DNA of 64,000 nt from Neoechinorhynchus agilis (lineage: Eukaryota > Animalia > Acanthocephala): NCBI GenBank assembly GCA_051530055.1, contig CM121343.1, positions 3,256,389-3,320,388 of the forward strand. Direction: 5' to 3'. How positions within the stretch are numbered: position 1 is the stretch's first letter; each line of letters starts with the position of its first letter. A program made the position numbers and the translations under genes. Below are positions 26,501 to 40,199 of this stretch, one piece after another. The notes under the pieces are model-generated. The model did no database searches, was not told the origin of the DNA, and saw only the letters and a list, made by a program, of their open reading frames with translations.

Positions 26501-28821
26501 ATATACTAATCCTAGATCATTGTTCGTCAACGTGATTCGTCCCAAGTATTTTTGTATTGTAAAGGCGCTGACAGCATAATCAAATCGTTGCTCGGTCGAG
26601 GTAGTTACAAACTTTGGAATGCTACCGATGAGCATATGACAGTGAGTGTACAGATTTCTATCATTTTCTTTTTGGATTTTCGGACTATTGAACTTGTTAA
26701 AGCATATAGCATTTGGGATCCTCTGCTGCTACGAATGGAAAAAATAATTGCTAATGTTTAGATTCTTAAAGATTTCACCAAAAATATGATTTATGAAATT
26801 CTGAGGCATTCGATTTTAAAATTCGTTATAAAACTCTATGACGGCTAAACCTAAAATGGTTCGCGTATCATATTTAGAAATTTGGTACTATTGGATTACG
26901 AACTTTGTGTCTTGCAAAAAAACGTATTGATAATAAAGAATATGAAATTTGGAACAAAAACTTCACCGCAGCTGCGTGAGTGATTTTTTATCCGCATAAT
27001 CGAATTCCTGATTGCGTCCTGTTTAAAGCCTGTCGCTTGAAGACCGAGAAGCAAAACTTTCTAAGGTATATAATGAAATCGAAACTGATTTGGAATTAAT
27101 GGGAGCAACTGCAATTGAAGATAAACTTCAACAAGGCGTTTCTGGAGTAATAGTGAATTTGATGAGAGCTGAGATACGTATATGGGTGCTGACCGGCGAC
27201 AAGATGGAAACTGCTATAAATATTGGTTTATCCTGTCGACTGCTTTCCGATGCCATGGATCTACACACACTTGAGGGAGAAAACGCGGACGATCTAGCTC
27301 TCCAATTAACAAATTTAAAGGAATATATGACAGCCAAAGTTCGACAGATGTATTCTTATTATGATACATTTCCTTGGGATTGGTTAGAATTTACAAAATC
27401 TTTAGGTGAGAAGATAAACTCACCGTCTGATGGATTTTTCGACGGGTTCGCGTTAGCGATCAGTGGAAACGCGCTACTCTATGCTTTGGATCCCAAATGT
27501 GAGAGAAACTTTGTTGATATTGCATGTTTCTGCAAAGCCGTAATATGCTGCCGAGTCACCCCTTCTCAGAAGGCTCAAGTGGTTGAACTTATCAGGAAGT
27601 ACAAGAGAGCCATAACATTGGCTATAGGTGATGGAGCAAATGATGTATCCATGATTCAAAGAGCAAACGTTGGAATCGGAATTGCGGGAAAGGAAGGTAC
27701 ACAAGCCGTGTTGGCAAGTGATTATTCACTTGCACAATTCAGGTACCTCGAGAGACTACTTCTAGTCCATGGAAGATGGTCGTATCTCCGAATATGCAAA
27801 TTTTTGAAGTATTTCTTCTACAAAAACTTTGCCTTTAGTTTCTGCAACTTCTGGTTCGCCTTTTTCTGCGGCATGTCGGCTCAGACACTTTTCGATCCAT
27901 TCTTCATTGCGACATATAACGTGATTTTTACTTCTATGCCAGTATTTGCGCTGGGAATCCTCGATCAAGATATCAATGCAAAGAACTCGTTACGATCTCC
28001 TCATCTTTATCCGTTCGGTCAAAACGATGAATTTTTCAATTGGAAGGTCTTTATATACAGTATCACTTATGGGATTATGACTTCGTTGGCGATATTCTTC
28101 TCATGTTACCTCTCGTTTGTTCACGCGATATTGCCTAATGGCGTCGACGAAGCTGATCTACAAAGCTTCGGCTGTGCTGTCGCAATCACTCTAACAATTG
28201 TCGTAAACCTCGAGATTTGCTTAGAAACTTATAGTTGGACCGGTATAACCCACTTCTTTATTTGGGGAACAATTGTCGCATGTTTCCTATTCCACTACAC
28301 TGTTTAATGGTATTGGTCGCTAACGTGGAGCCCAATGAAAAACGCTAATGACCATTGCTGTATAGTACTACAATCTGGGCATGGTTTAAAGTGGGATACT
28401 TTTACGTCGGAGTTGCGAGGAACCTTTTTAGTACTTGGAGATTCTGGTTCACTTGTCTTTTTACATGTTGTTTATGCCTAGCTCCAACATTCATTTACAG
28501 GTAAACTAAAAAGTGATAATCAATTGTGCGCGATTTCATTTATTTTCTGAAAGGTTTTATGAAACAAATTTTCATCCGAACAAGATCGATGAAATGCGGT
28601 ACAAGCAAAAATACGGAGTTGTTCCTAAACCCAAAGATGTTAAGATAAGAAGCCGATTACGTTTGGGAAGGCGATGGTTCAGATCAGGTTATGCATTTTC
28701 ATCGTCTGAAGGAATTGGGAACATGATCAAAGCGGGCGTTATGTTTAAAAAAGTATTCGAGGCATTGGAGCCAAAACAGTATGAATCACCTGCTCAATAC
28801 GATGAAGCAGAAATGATCTAA
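23596..28821 (+). CDS. ATP8B: P4-type phospholipid flippase (ATP8B-like), multi-exon; two introns appear non-canonical
   Basis: [108 protein letters not shown]. Confidence 0.95.
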
Positions 28822-28876
28822 GAAGGCATCAAATATATATTAAACATGCCGTTGGGAAATCAGATTTCTGAATTCT

Positions 28877-30479
28877 TTAAACTGCCTGTTTTGAATTAAG
28901 TACATTTATAGCTTCATCCATAATCAACTCATCGATTGCACTTCCTTCTAACGTGAAACTAGTGATTTCTTTACTCCAATTCTGTTGATTGCCTTTAAAA
29001 ACAATTACTTGATTTCTATAATTACCACGCAAATTTCCAATCACCAAATCAGCTTTCCATCTCTCCAGTGAAGCCAATGATCGTTTCTTGAGATCCTCAA
29101 TACTCGTTTCCAACTTAAATGTCATCAAAACGGTACACGGTATATCATCCCGTGTTAATTTGCCAACTCGTTTTAGTTTTAGACGAGACAAACAGAACAT
29201 AAAGAATCTTCTATTTTTGTCGTAGCTCTTATAGAAGGCGACCTTCATATTTTCCACTGCAATCTAGATTTTATTCTAACGGTATTTAATTGATCGTCGG
29301 TGCCAGCGCATTCTTCATTTAAGCGTAAGGTTTTTCTTTTCAAGGTTTCATCTATACAAAATACGAAAAATGTCGGTATGTGGGGTACCGGGTTATACGA
29401 CTAGAATTATTATTTAGGTCTTCACTCGGTAGATAATTTCTTATTAAATACGTTTCGGACCTGGTCGGGTTTGAAACGTCTTTAATAAAAAAACTTTTAA
29501 AGTATTATGGCGGAAAATTTGAAGGAATTTTATTAAATCCCAGATATTCCGGCACAATCTTGTGCCTTTATCAAGGTTCTTTTCAGAAAAAAGTAAGTTT
29601 GCCCGAAAACAACCGAAATATACGAGATTTATAGTTTCTTCAAATTTTCCGCAACAAACACGAATAATTCATTCTTCAAACACTTCTAAAGTACGAGAAC
29701 ATTTTAGATAAAAATTAGTATTGGAGTTGAAATGGAGGTCGGTACAAAATAGCCGAGAAAAGTTAGATTGCTTTTGTTTAAATGTCGAGACCAGGACGGC
29801 AGCTGATTGATCCAGTGCGGTGGTTTGGATAAAATATTAACAAAAGCGATTATATACATGAGTTAAAAAGTGAAAGCTTATATCATTCTATTCTAAAACA
29901 CGTTCTGTATGTCTATCTCAAAAAATAATCATCATTTTCCGAATGAACTTTCTCACTAGCAAGTTTATCGTCGGCAATATAGAAATCTGATACAGCGGCG
30001 CATAAGCACACTAAATCGAAATGAACATTAATGGTTGCTCGTTTTAGTAATGTCAAGTATTCGTCGACGAATTCGAATTGAATAGCTAAAAGGTGGCTCG
30101 CGTATTTTGCAATAAAATCCAGTTCGTTTTGAACGGCCATTACGTAATCTGAACTAATAACGTACTGATCAGAGCTTTCATCGCGTCTTATTGAATCGCC
30201 AATATCAATTGAATTCTTTAATGGGCATCTACTTCCTACCCGGTAGAGAAACACTACATTAAATCCCCTCATTAAAGCTCTCATGGCCATATTGCATCCA
30301 CGTGTTCCAGTGCTAAAATTCTCGATATACCGTATTCCCGGCTTATCAAGTCGGACTTTTGTCCCACCCGAAGTCACTAATACCAGTTTAGAATTTCGCG
30401 ATTCTTGGACGAATTTCCTCATTTCACTGATTCGATCCTCTATGTCGCTTATTGCCATCTGAAGATCAAAAATATCCAT
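28877..30479 (-). CDS. PPCS: Phosphopantothenate-cysteine ligase; two exons, with a 739-nt non-canonical intron by the best alignment
   Basis: VLVTSGGTKV..IENFSTGTRG..VVFLYR; AAVSDFYI; TFKLET; DLVIGN. Confidence 0.92.
29402..29690 (-). mobile_element. Family-A hairpin remnant next to a family-B hairpin element inside the PPCS intron
   Basis: ttattaaatacgtttcgg..gggtttgaaacgtctttaataa hairpin; - strand UUGAUAA-A-GGCAC/GUGCC-GGAAUAUC near 29545-29577. Confidence 0.75.
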
Positions 30480-30565
30480 AGGAAAGAGATACTTCTACAA
30501 AAGAATGAAATATATTATTTATGCTCAGATCGAAATGAAAATCACATTTCCGTTTGTACTCGTCT

Positions 30566-31402
30566 TTACTTCAACAAATCAAGAGACTCCTTCAAGACTC
30601 GCGGTGGGGGAATATCGTAGATCTTGTCTACGACCTTTAATTGGCCGGTGTGTTCTGAATACGTATAGGTTAACGGGTCCGCTCGGTATATTCCTTCAAT
30701 TTTGTACTCGGGTACACTGAGGGTAGTCGGGCTCGAATATTCCACCACGACGTTTCTTGGTTTTGGGATTTGTGGCAGGGGAGGAGCCTTTTGCAGAATT
30801 ATCTTACGTCTTGGAGCTTCGTATGGAAGCCATTTTTCGAATATGATTTGACGAGGCTTTCGCGGAGGAACAAAACGTTCTATAATGACTTGTTGGGGAT
30901 GTGCAGGAGGAGCAGGTAACCGCTTTTCAATCACAACAGGTTTTAACATCGAAGGAGGAGTAGGGGGACGCTCTCGTACTACCAGCGGAACGGGAGTTGG
31001 CGGCTTGTTTATATGTTGCCTTACGATTTTCGGTGGAGGAGGCGGTGGGACTGCGGGTCTTCTCTCTCTTATAACGATTGGTCCTGGTGGAGGAGGAGTT
31101 GGTGGTTTCAAGTATCGAATACTAATCGGCTGTTTGAAGACCACATTCTGCAAACTCTTTTTGCTAATAACAACAGGGTTTAATTGGTCCACCACTACAG
31201 GTCTGAGTGGCATGGCGTTGCCGCCGCCTGGTGAGCGGGGTGAAAAATTTTGAACGGGAACATTTCCATTCCGCACTTCACTGAACGGCGATCCTCTTGC
31301 AGCAGAACCAATGTGTCGTTCAAGGACATTTCCCTCTTCCTTTGGATTAGAGAAGGCATTCACGCTTGGGTTTGATGAGGACGTAGACATTTGTCGGGAC
31401 AT
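30566..31402 (-). CDS. Pro/Val/Ile/Arg-rich repetitive structural-type protein (single exon)
   Basis: 278-aa ORF with IRYLKPPTPPPPGPIVIRE, LVVRERPP, VIIERF and IIFEKWLPY modules. Confidence 0.8.
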   Translation of the reverse strand: MSRQMSTSSSNPSVNAFSNPKEEGNVLERHIGSAARGSPFSEVRNGNVPVQNFSPRSPGGGNAMPLRPVVVDQLNPVVISKKSLQNVVFKQPISIRYLKPPTPPPPGPIVIRERRPAVPPPPPPKIVRQHINKPPTPVPLVVRERPPTPPSMLKPVVIEKRLPAPPAHPQQVIIERFVPPRKPRQIIFEKWLPYEAPRRKIILQKAPPLPQIPKPRNVVVEYSSPTTLSVPEYKIEGIYRADPLTYTYSEHTGQLKVVDKIYDIPPPRVLKESLDLLK

Positions 31403-32419
31403 TTCAGGAGTAGTTGAAAAAAACGAAAAGAAATCCAGCGTTCGAGCCTTTTGCGTTTTTACTCAAACCACCATGAATCACGTCCTATAGCGTGAATAGT
31501 AGTTAAGATTGATATACGGATGGGCGTGAGAGAGATGTCGCAGTGCTTTGAACCAGTTGCGATACTACGGAATGAGAACATTTGAGCTCGATTACTCATT
31601 TACACTCACACTTGTGAAAAACGCGAATAAAACATCGAGTAACGTCGTCTCTGTCTTGGCACGTGTCCCAAAAAGTCATATAAAAACAAATGATTGAACC
31701 GTTCAAGGATTTAGAGCTTCATGCTTTTATCGAAAATGCCATCACTTTCTATGTAAAGAATTTCAGCCCTGCCTAGTTAACAAAAAGTTCAACAGATTTA
31801 ACGTTAAATAACGAGATAATTAGAAATCCTAAAGAGAAATTTTTTCGGGATGATGAAGTTCGAGGTGTGGTAATATCGTCCGGATAAATGGTATTTTATT
31901 GATATCGCAATTTTAATGTTCGCGTGGAATAGAATATCATACAGCGTTTGTTAATCTAAATTCCTCGTCTTACTGGTAAAATCAGAGTGAAATATTATTT
32001 CGCCGTTCTTTTTAGAAATCTAATAGAGACATTGCAAGCAAATCGAATTACTTATTACATCGAAGGAATCACTTTCAGTAAACTAAGATCATGGTGCGCA
32101 AATGCTCGTCACAATTGAAAGCTAATTTTTGGCAGTTGTAAGTATCGCGAAATTGTATCCGCTTCAAATTGTCAAGAGCACAGTTCCTTAGAATTGGTTT
32201 AAATTTAAAATAATTGTTCTAAAATAATATTATTGGTTCTTCTACCGTACAAATACACGAACGCACGCTGCCAGATCACGAACAGAAATAATTACTTTAA
32301 ATTTTAATTAGTGGAAATTCGGTGAGGCATATTTAAAGATGATGATCATCGCCGTCATTATTATAAATTTCGTCGGACGCGATTTCCTGACTAAAATTCC
32401 TCATCTCTAATATTAGATA

Positions 32420-35424
<3,005 letters not shown>

Positions 35425-36087
35425 TCTAATATATTAAAACGACTGCCCACAATTGTAGTGTAGATCCCTCTGACTTGAGATTAAGATTCAAAGATTGTAA
35501 TCAATATCGTAGATATTCTGAAACTGCAATAAAACAGCAATAACAACGAATTTACTTCATGTGAACCGATATTATGTCAATTCCTGACTCATCGGCGGTG
35601 ATTGAAACCATCACCAGCCTAACATGAATAAGTGGTGGTGGATGCAAGATAATTCAAAAAGAATAAATCCCATGTTGTGAAGCCAAGCGATGTCTGCACA
35701 GCATTCGTTATCTATTTTTAGCTACAGCAACCACAATCTAACAATGCTAATCAGTGCAGTCAGGATTAAACGAAAACGCGAATGGACAATTCCAAAAAGA
35801 ATTCAGAAAAAGTCATAAAAAACGTTTTGGTTTTAGAAATTGAAATCTTTATAGAGAATGTAATAGTTGACATGATTCTACAAATATTCGGCTGTAGAAA
35901 CGTGAGATAAAGTATATCAATATTGCCATCCATTAAGGTTGATAGCATTACTAGGAAAAATGGGGGAAAAGAATGTAATTGAATTTGCGAGTGAATAACT
36001 CCGGCATGCAAAAGAAAAAACGAAAATGTGCGTAAAACTTTTTCGTTACGAACTTTAAGTGCAAAGTCTACACGTATAAAACGTTTA

Positions 36088-36285
36088 TTTTTCTATGTCG
36101 ATATGTGAGGTGCCAGTAAATGATTATTTCGATTAAAGACGTTCTGCGGACCTCGTCGGATTCATCATCGGTTTGATTGTAAGTTTTTAAAACAAGCAAA
36201 CTGATGATGTACCCGACACGAGCTTCGCAGATCGTCTTTAATCGAAATAATCATTTACTGGCTCCTCACATATCGACATAGAAAA
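36088..36285. mobile_element. Palindromic double-hammerhead mini-element, family A, diverged copy
   Basis: ttttctatgtcgatatgtgagg / cctcacatatcgacatagaaaa arms; ctgatgatg core with the GCAGA variant. Confidence 0.8.
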
Positions 36286-37431
36286 AAAATGGGTAAATTC
36301 AGTAATCATCTTTCAACTAAAGATCTAAGAAAAATTAGAGCATTATACGCCAAACTTTATCGACACATTACATCAACTCGAATCCCTTATGATTCGGATA
36401 TTTCCATAACAGTGACTTTTATATTTCAATCCTACACCAACTGCATTCCAGCGTTAAGAAATGAGGAAATATGCTTGCAATATTTCATGTATTTTCTTAT
36501 AGCTTCCTCAATAATTTTTTATTGCAAGCAATTTTATGCCTGAAACTCGTTATCAACAAAATTGTGACTTTAGGAGCACATCAAAAGAACAGGAGAAATA
36601 CATGGCGTTGATTATGACCAAAGTAACAATCTTATTTCTGATAAATGAATTAATGCTGTTGTTGTTTTTATCTTCACAAGGAAGAAAACGTTTTATTAAG
36701 TTCGTTTCGAACAGTTCATTACTTCGAAATGTCTTTACACCCTCCACCTACGCGTTCCGCCTGATATATTCACCATGGGGCAAAGGATTCAACAATGACC
36801 GTGTGAATGTATTTTAGATTCTGAAGAAGGCCAGCGAGCAGGACGAAAATTCAAATTGATAAATTACAATCTTTCTTCGTCAAGTCCTACAATAAATGTG
36901 GAACTTATATTCTTTAATAAAACGTCGTCGACGGTCGATGCCGGAGTATGAAAATAAGCAATTTGAAGCTTGAAACGGACCCCTATCTAAAATTCAAAAA
37001 AAATAAGAATACATTTGAGTCACTAGTTTTATTGTAAAAATAACAGGAAATCATATTCATCGTATAACTTTTTTGAAAATATCAAGTCGTCAAGCGCAAT
37101 TATTAAGTTCAACAGATTCGTCCATACACGATTCAGCGTTAAAAATGTTATTTAGATAAAAATCCCTCAGATCTTAATGCTATCGAGTGCCATAATAGTC
37201 AATATTTAAACTCTGGTGTGAAACTAAAATGTCATTAAATCTTCTCGTGATAACTGCAAATGATTAAAGTACATCTCTTAAATTGAACGGCATTGAGACA
37301 TCTTCTCCATATTCCAAAGGTAATTATTCACTGTTAATTTAATTGCTTTGGAATTTTAGAAAGTGGTCCATTTAAGTTCCGGATTTCACATTTTCATAAT
37401 CCGAGATCTAAACCTACACCTTTAGACAACA

Positions 37432-39572
37432 TTTTATTAAAGACGTTTCCAATTAATAAACTTATGATGAATCCGACGAGGTTCGAAATGAACTTAATAA
37501 AAAGTTATTTACCGGTTGAAGACCAAAACAACAAATATAATGTTTGAAGATTGAATTGTTCACGTTTTTATATGGCGGAAAAAATTGAATTAATTGAATC
37601 TGATATTTCGGCACAATCTTGCGCAGACGAACTTACAACGACCTTTGTCGGATTCAATAAATTGCTTTAGCTTTTCCGCAGTATAAAAACGTTTTCAATT
37701 AATAAAGTGATTATGAATCTGATGAGGTTCGAAATGAACTTAATAAAAAGTTATTTACCGGTTGAAGACCAAAACAACAAATATAATGTTTGAAGATTGA
37801 ATTGTTCACGTTTTTATATGGCGGAAAAAATTGAATTAATTGAATCTGATATTTCGGCACAATCTTGCGCAGACGAACTTACAACGACCTTTGTCGGATT
37901 CAATAAATTGCTTTAGCTTTTCCGCAGTATAAAAACAAAAGACATCGAAATTTAAACCTTCACCCTTAGACGACATTTTATTAAAGACGTTTTCAATTAA
38001 TAAAGTGATTATGAATCTGATGAGGTTCGAAATGAACTTAATAAAAAGTTATTTACCGGTTGAAGACCAAAACAACAAATATAATGTTTGAAGATTGAAT
38101 TGTTCACGTTTTTATATGGCGGAAAAAATTGAATTAATTGAATCTGATATTTCGGCACAATCTTGCGCAGACGAACTTACAACGACCTTTGTCGGATTCA
38201 ATAAATTGCTTTAGCTTTTCCGCAGTATAAAAACAAAAGACATCGAAATTTACCTTCACCCTTAGACGACATTTTATTAAAGACGTTTTCAATTAATAAA
38301 GTGATTATGAATCTGATGAGGTTCGAAATGAACTTAATAAAAGTTATTTACCGGTTGAAGACCAAAACAACAAATATAATGTTTGAAGATTGAATTGTTC
38401 ACGTTTTTATATGGCGGAAAAAATTGAATTAATTGAATCTGATATTTCGGCACAATCTTGCGCAGACGAACTTACAACGACCTTTGTCGGATTCAATAAA
38501 TTGCTTTAGCTTTTCCGCAGTATAAAAACAAAAGACATCGAAATTTAAACCTTCACCCTTAGACGACATTTTATTAAAGACGTTTTCAATTAATAAAGTG
38601 ATTATGAATCCGACGAGGTTCGAAATGAACTTAATAAAAAGTTATTTACCGGTTGAAGACCAAAACAACAAATATAATGTTTGAAGATTGAATTGTTCAC
38701 GTTTTTATATGGCGGAAAAAATTGAATTAATTGAATCTGATATTTCGGCACAATCTTGCGCAGACGAACTTACAACGACCTTTGTCGGATTCAATAAATT
38801 GCTTTAGCTTTTCCGCAGTATAAAAACAAAAGACATCGAAATTTAAACCTTCACCCTTAGACGACATTTTATTAAAGACGTTTTCAATTAATAAAGTGAT
38901 TATGAATCCGACGAGGTTCGAAATGAACTTAATAAAAAGTTATTTACCGGTTGAAGACCAAAACAACAAATATAATGTTTGAAGATTGAATTGTTCACGT
39001 TTTTATATGGCGGAAAAAATTGAATTAATTGAATCTGATATTTCGGCACAATCTTGCGCAGACGAACTTACAACGACCTTTGTCGGATTCAATAAATTGC
39101 TTTAGCTTTTCCGCAGTATAAAAACAAAAGACATCGAAATTTAAACCTTCATCTTTAGACAACATTTTATTAAAGACGTTTTCAATTAATAAAGTGATTA
39201 TGAATCCGACGAGGTTCGAAATGAACTTAATAAAAAGTTATTTACCGGTTGAAGACCAAAACAACAAATATAATGTTTGAAGATTGAATTGTTCACGTTT
39301 TTATATGGCGGAAAAAATTGAATTAATTGAATCTGATATTTCGGCACAATCTTGCGCAGACGAACTTACAACGACCTTTGTCGGATTCAATAAATTGCTT
39401 TAGCTTTTCCGCAGTATAAAAACAAAAGACATCGAAATTTAAACCTTCACCCTTAGACGACATTTTATTAAAGACGTTTTCAATTAATAAAGTGATTATG
39501 AATCTGATGAGGTTCGAAATGAACTTAATAAAAAGTTATTTACCGGTTGAAGACCAAAACAACAAATATAAT
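37432..39572. repeat. Tandem array, ~298-bp unit, 7 units plus a partial; each unit joins a family-A remnant and a family-B remnant
   Basis: gaggttcgaaatgaac motif in units near 37468, 37714, 38012, 38308, 38605, 38903, 39201 and 39499; gatatttcggcacaatc in each full unit. Confidence 0.95.
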
Positions 39573-40199
39573 TTCGATGACCGCCGGTACTACCGTGAAT
39601 TATCCTGCAAGCTTTTTCGGTAAATATTCCTAGCAGCGCTTCTCGCAGGACTTAAATCTCTTAATAAGTCTAAAAATTGCTAATACACTAAGATTAAACA
39701 CGAAGTGCATTATTGAATATATTTTGTTTAGTGATTGAAAAAGTAGAGATTGATTTTATTAATTCAATATTTCGTCCGTCTCGTCAGAAACAAAAAAAAT
39801 CCATGAACCGGATAAACGAGACATACTTTTCTCGAGGAAAATAATTATGGTGAATGGGATAGGTGTAAGTCGTGTTTACGTCTTTATACTTTTGGAACAC
39901 TCGAATCTGCTGGAAATCTCTAAGTCCTTAAATGAGATTTATTCCTCGATGCAAAACTCAAGAGCCGTGTCGTCAAATTTCAAGTGGAAACGGCAAATGG
40001 TTTTAAAACCTTTTTTGTCCCCTTCGGGGAACACTCACACGGTAGAATATTGCAATCGAACTAGAAAATCTCGCCATTGTAAGGAGATGATTCGCAGAAA
40101 AATCTTGAAATTGGAATTTATCATTTGGTTGGATTCTTCCAGAATGCCCCGAACCGGATTTACGAGTATTCTGATTGCGGTGTCTTCTTTTTTTTGTAG

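Noticed and set aside
28305-28307. Stop-codon reassignment (TAA read as Tyr)
   Set aside because: TAA is the real terminator of DNAJC3, AHCYL1, delta-COP and the P4-ATPase itself at the expected positions
25314-29916. U12-type (minor spliceosome) explanation for the AT-starting introns
   Set aside because: None has the ATATCCT 5' consensus or a TCCTTAAC-like branch site
37432-39572. CRISPR-like appearance of the tandem arrays
   Set aside because: Units are near-identical over 190-330 bp with no unique spacers, the context is eukaryotic, and there are no cas genes
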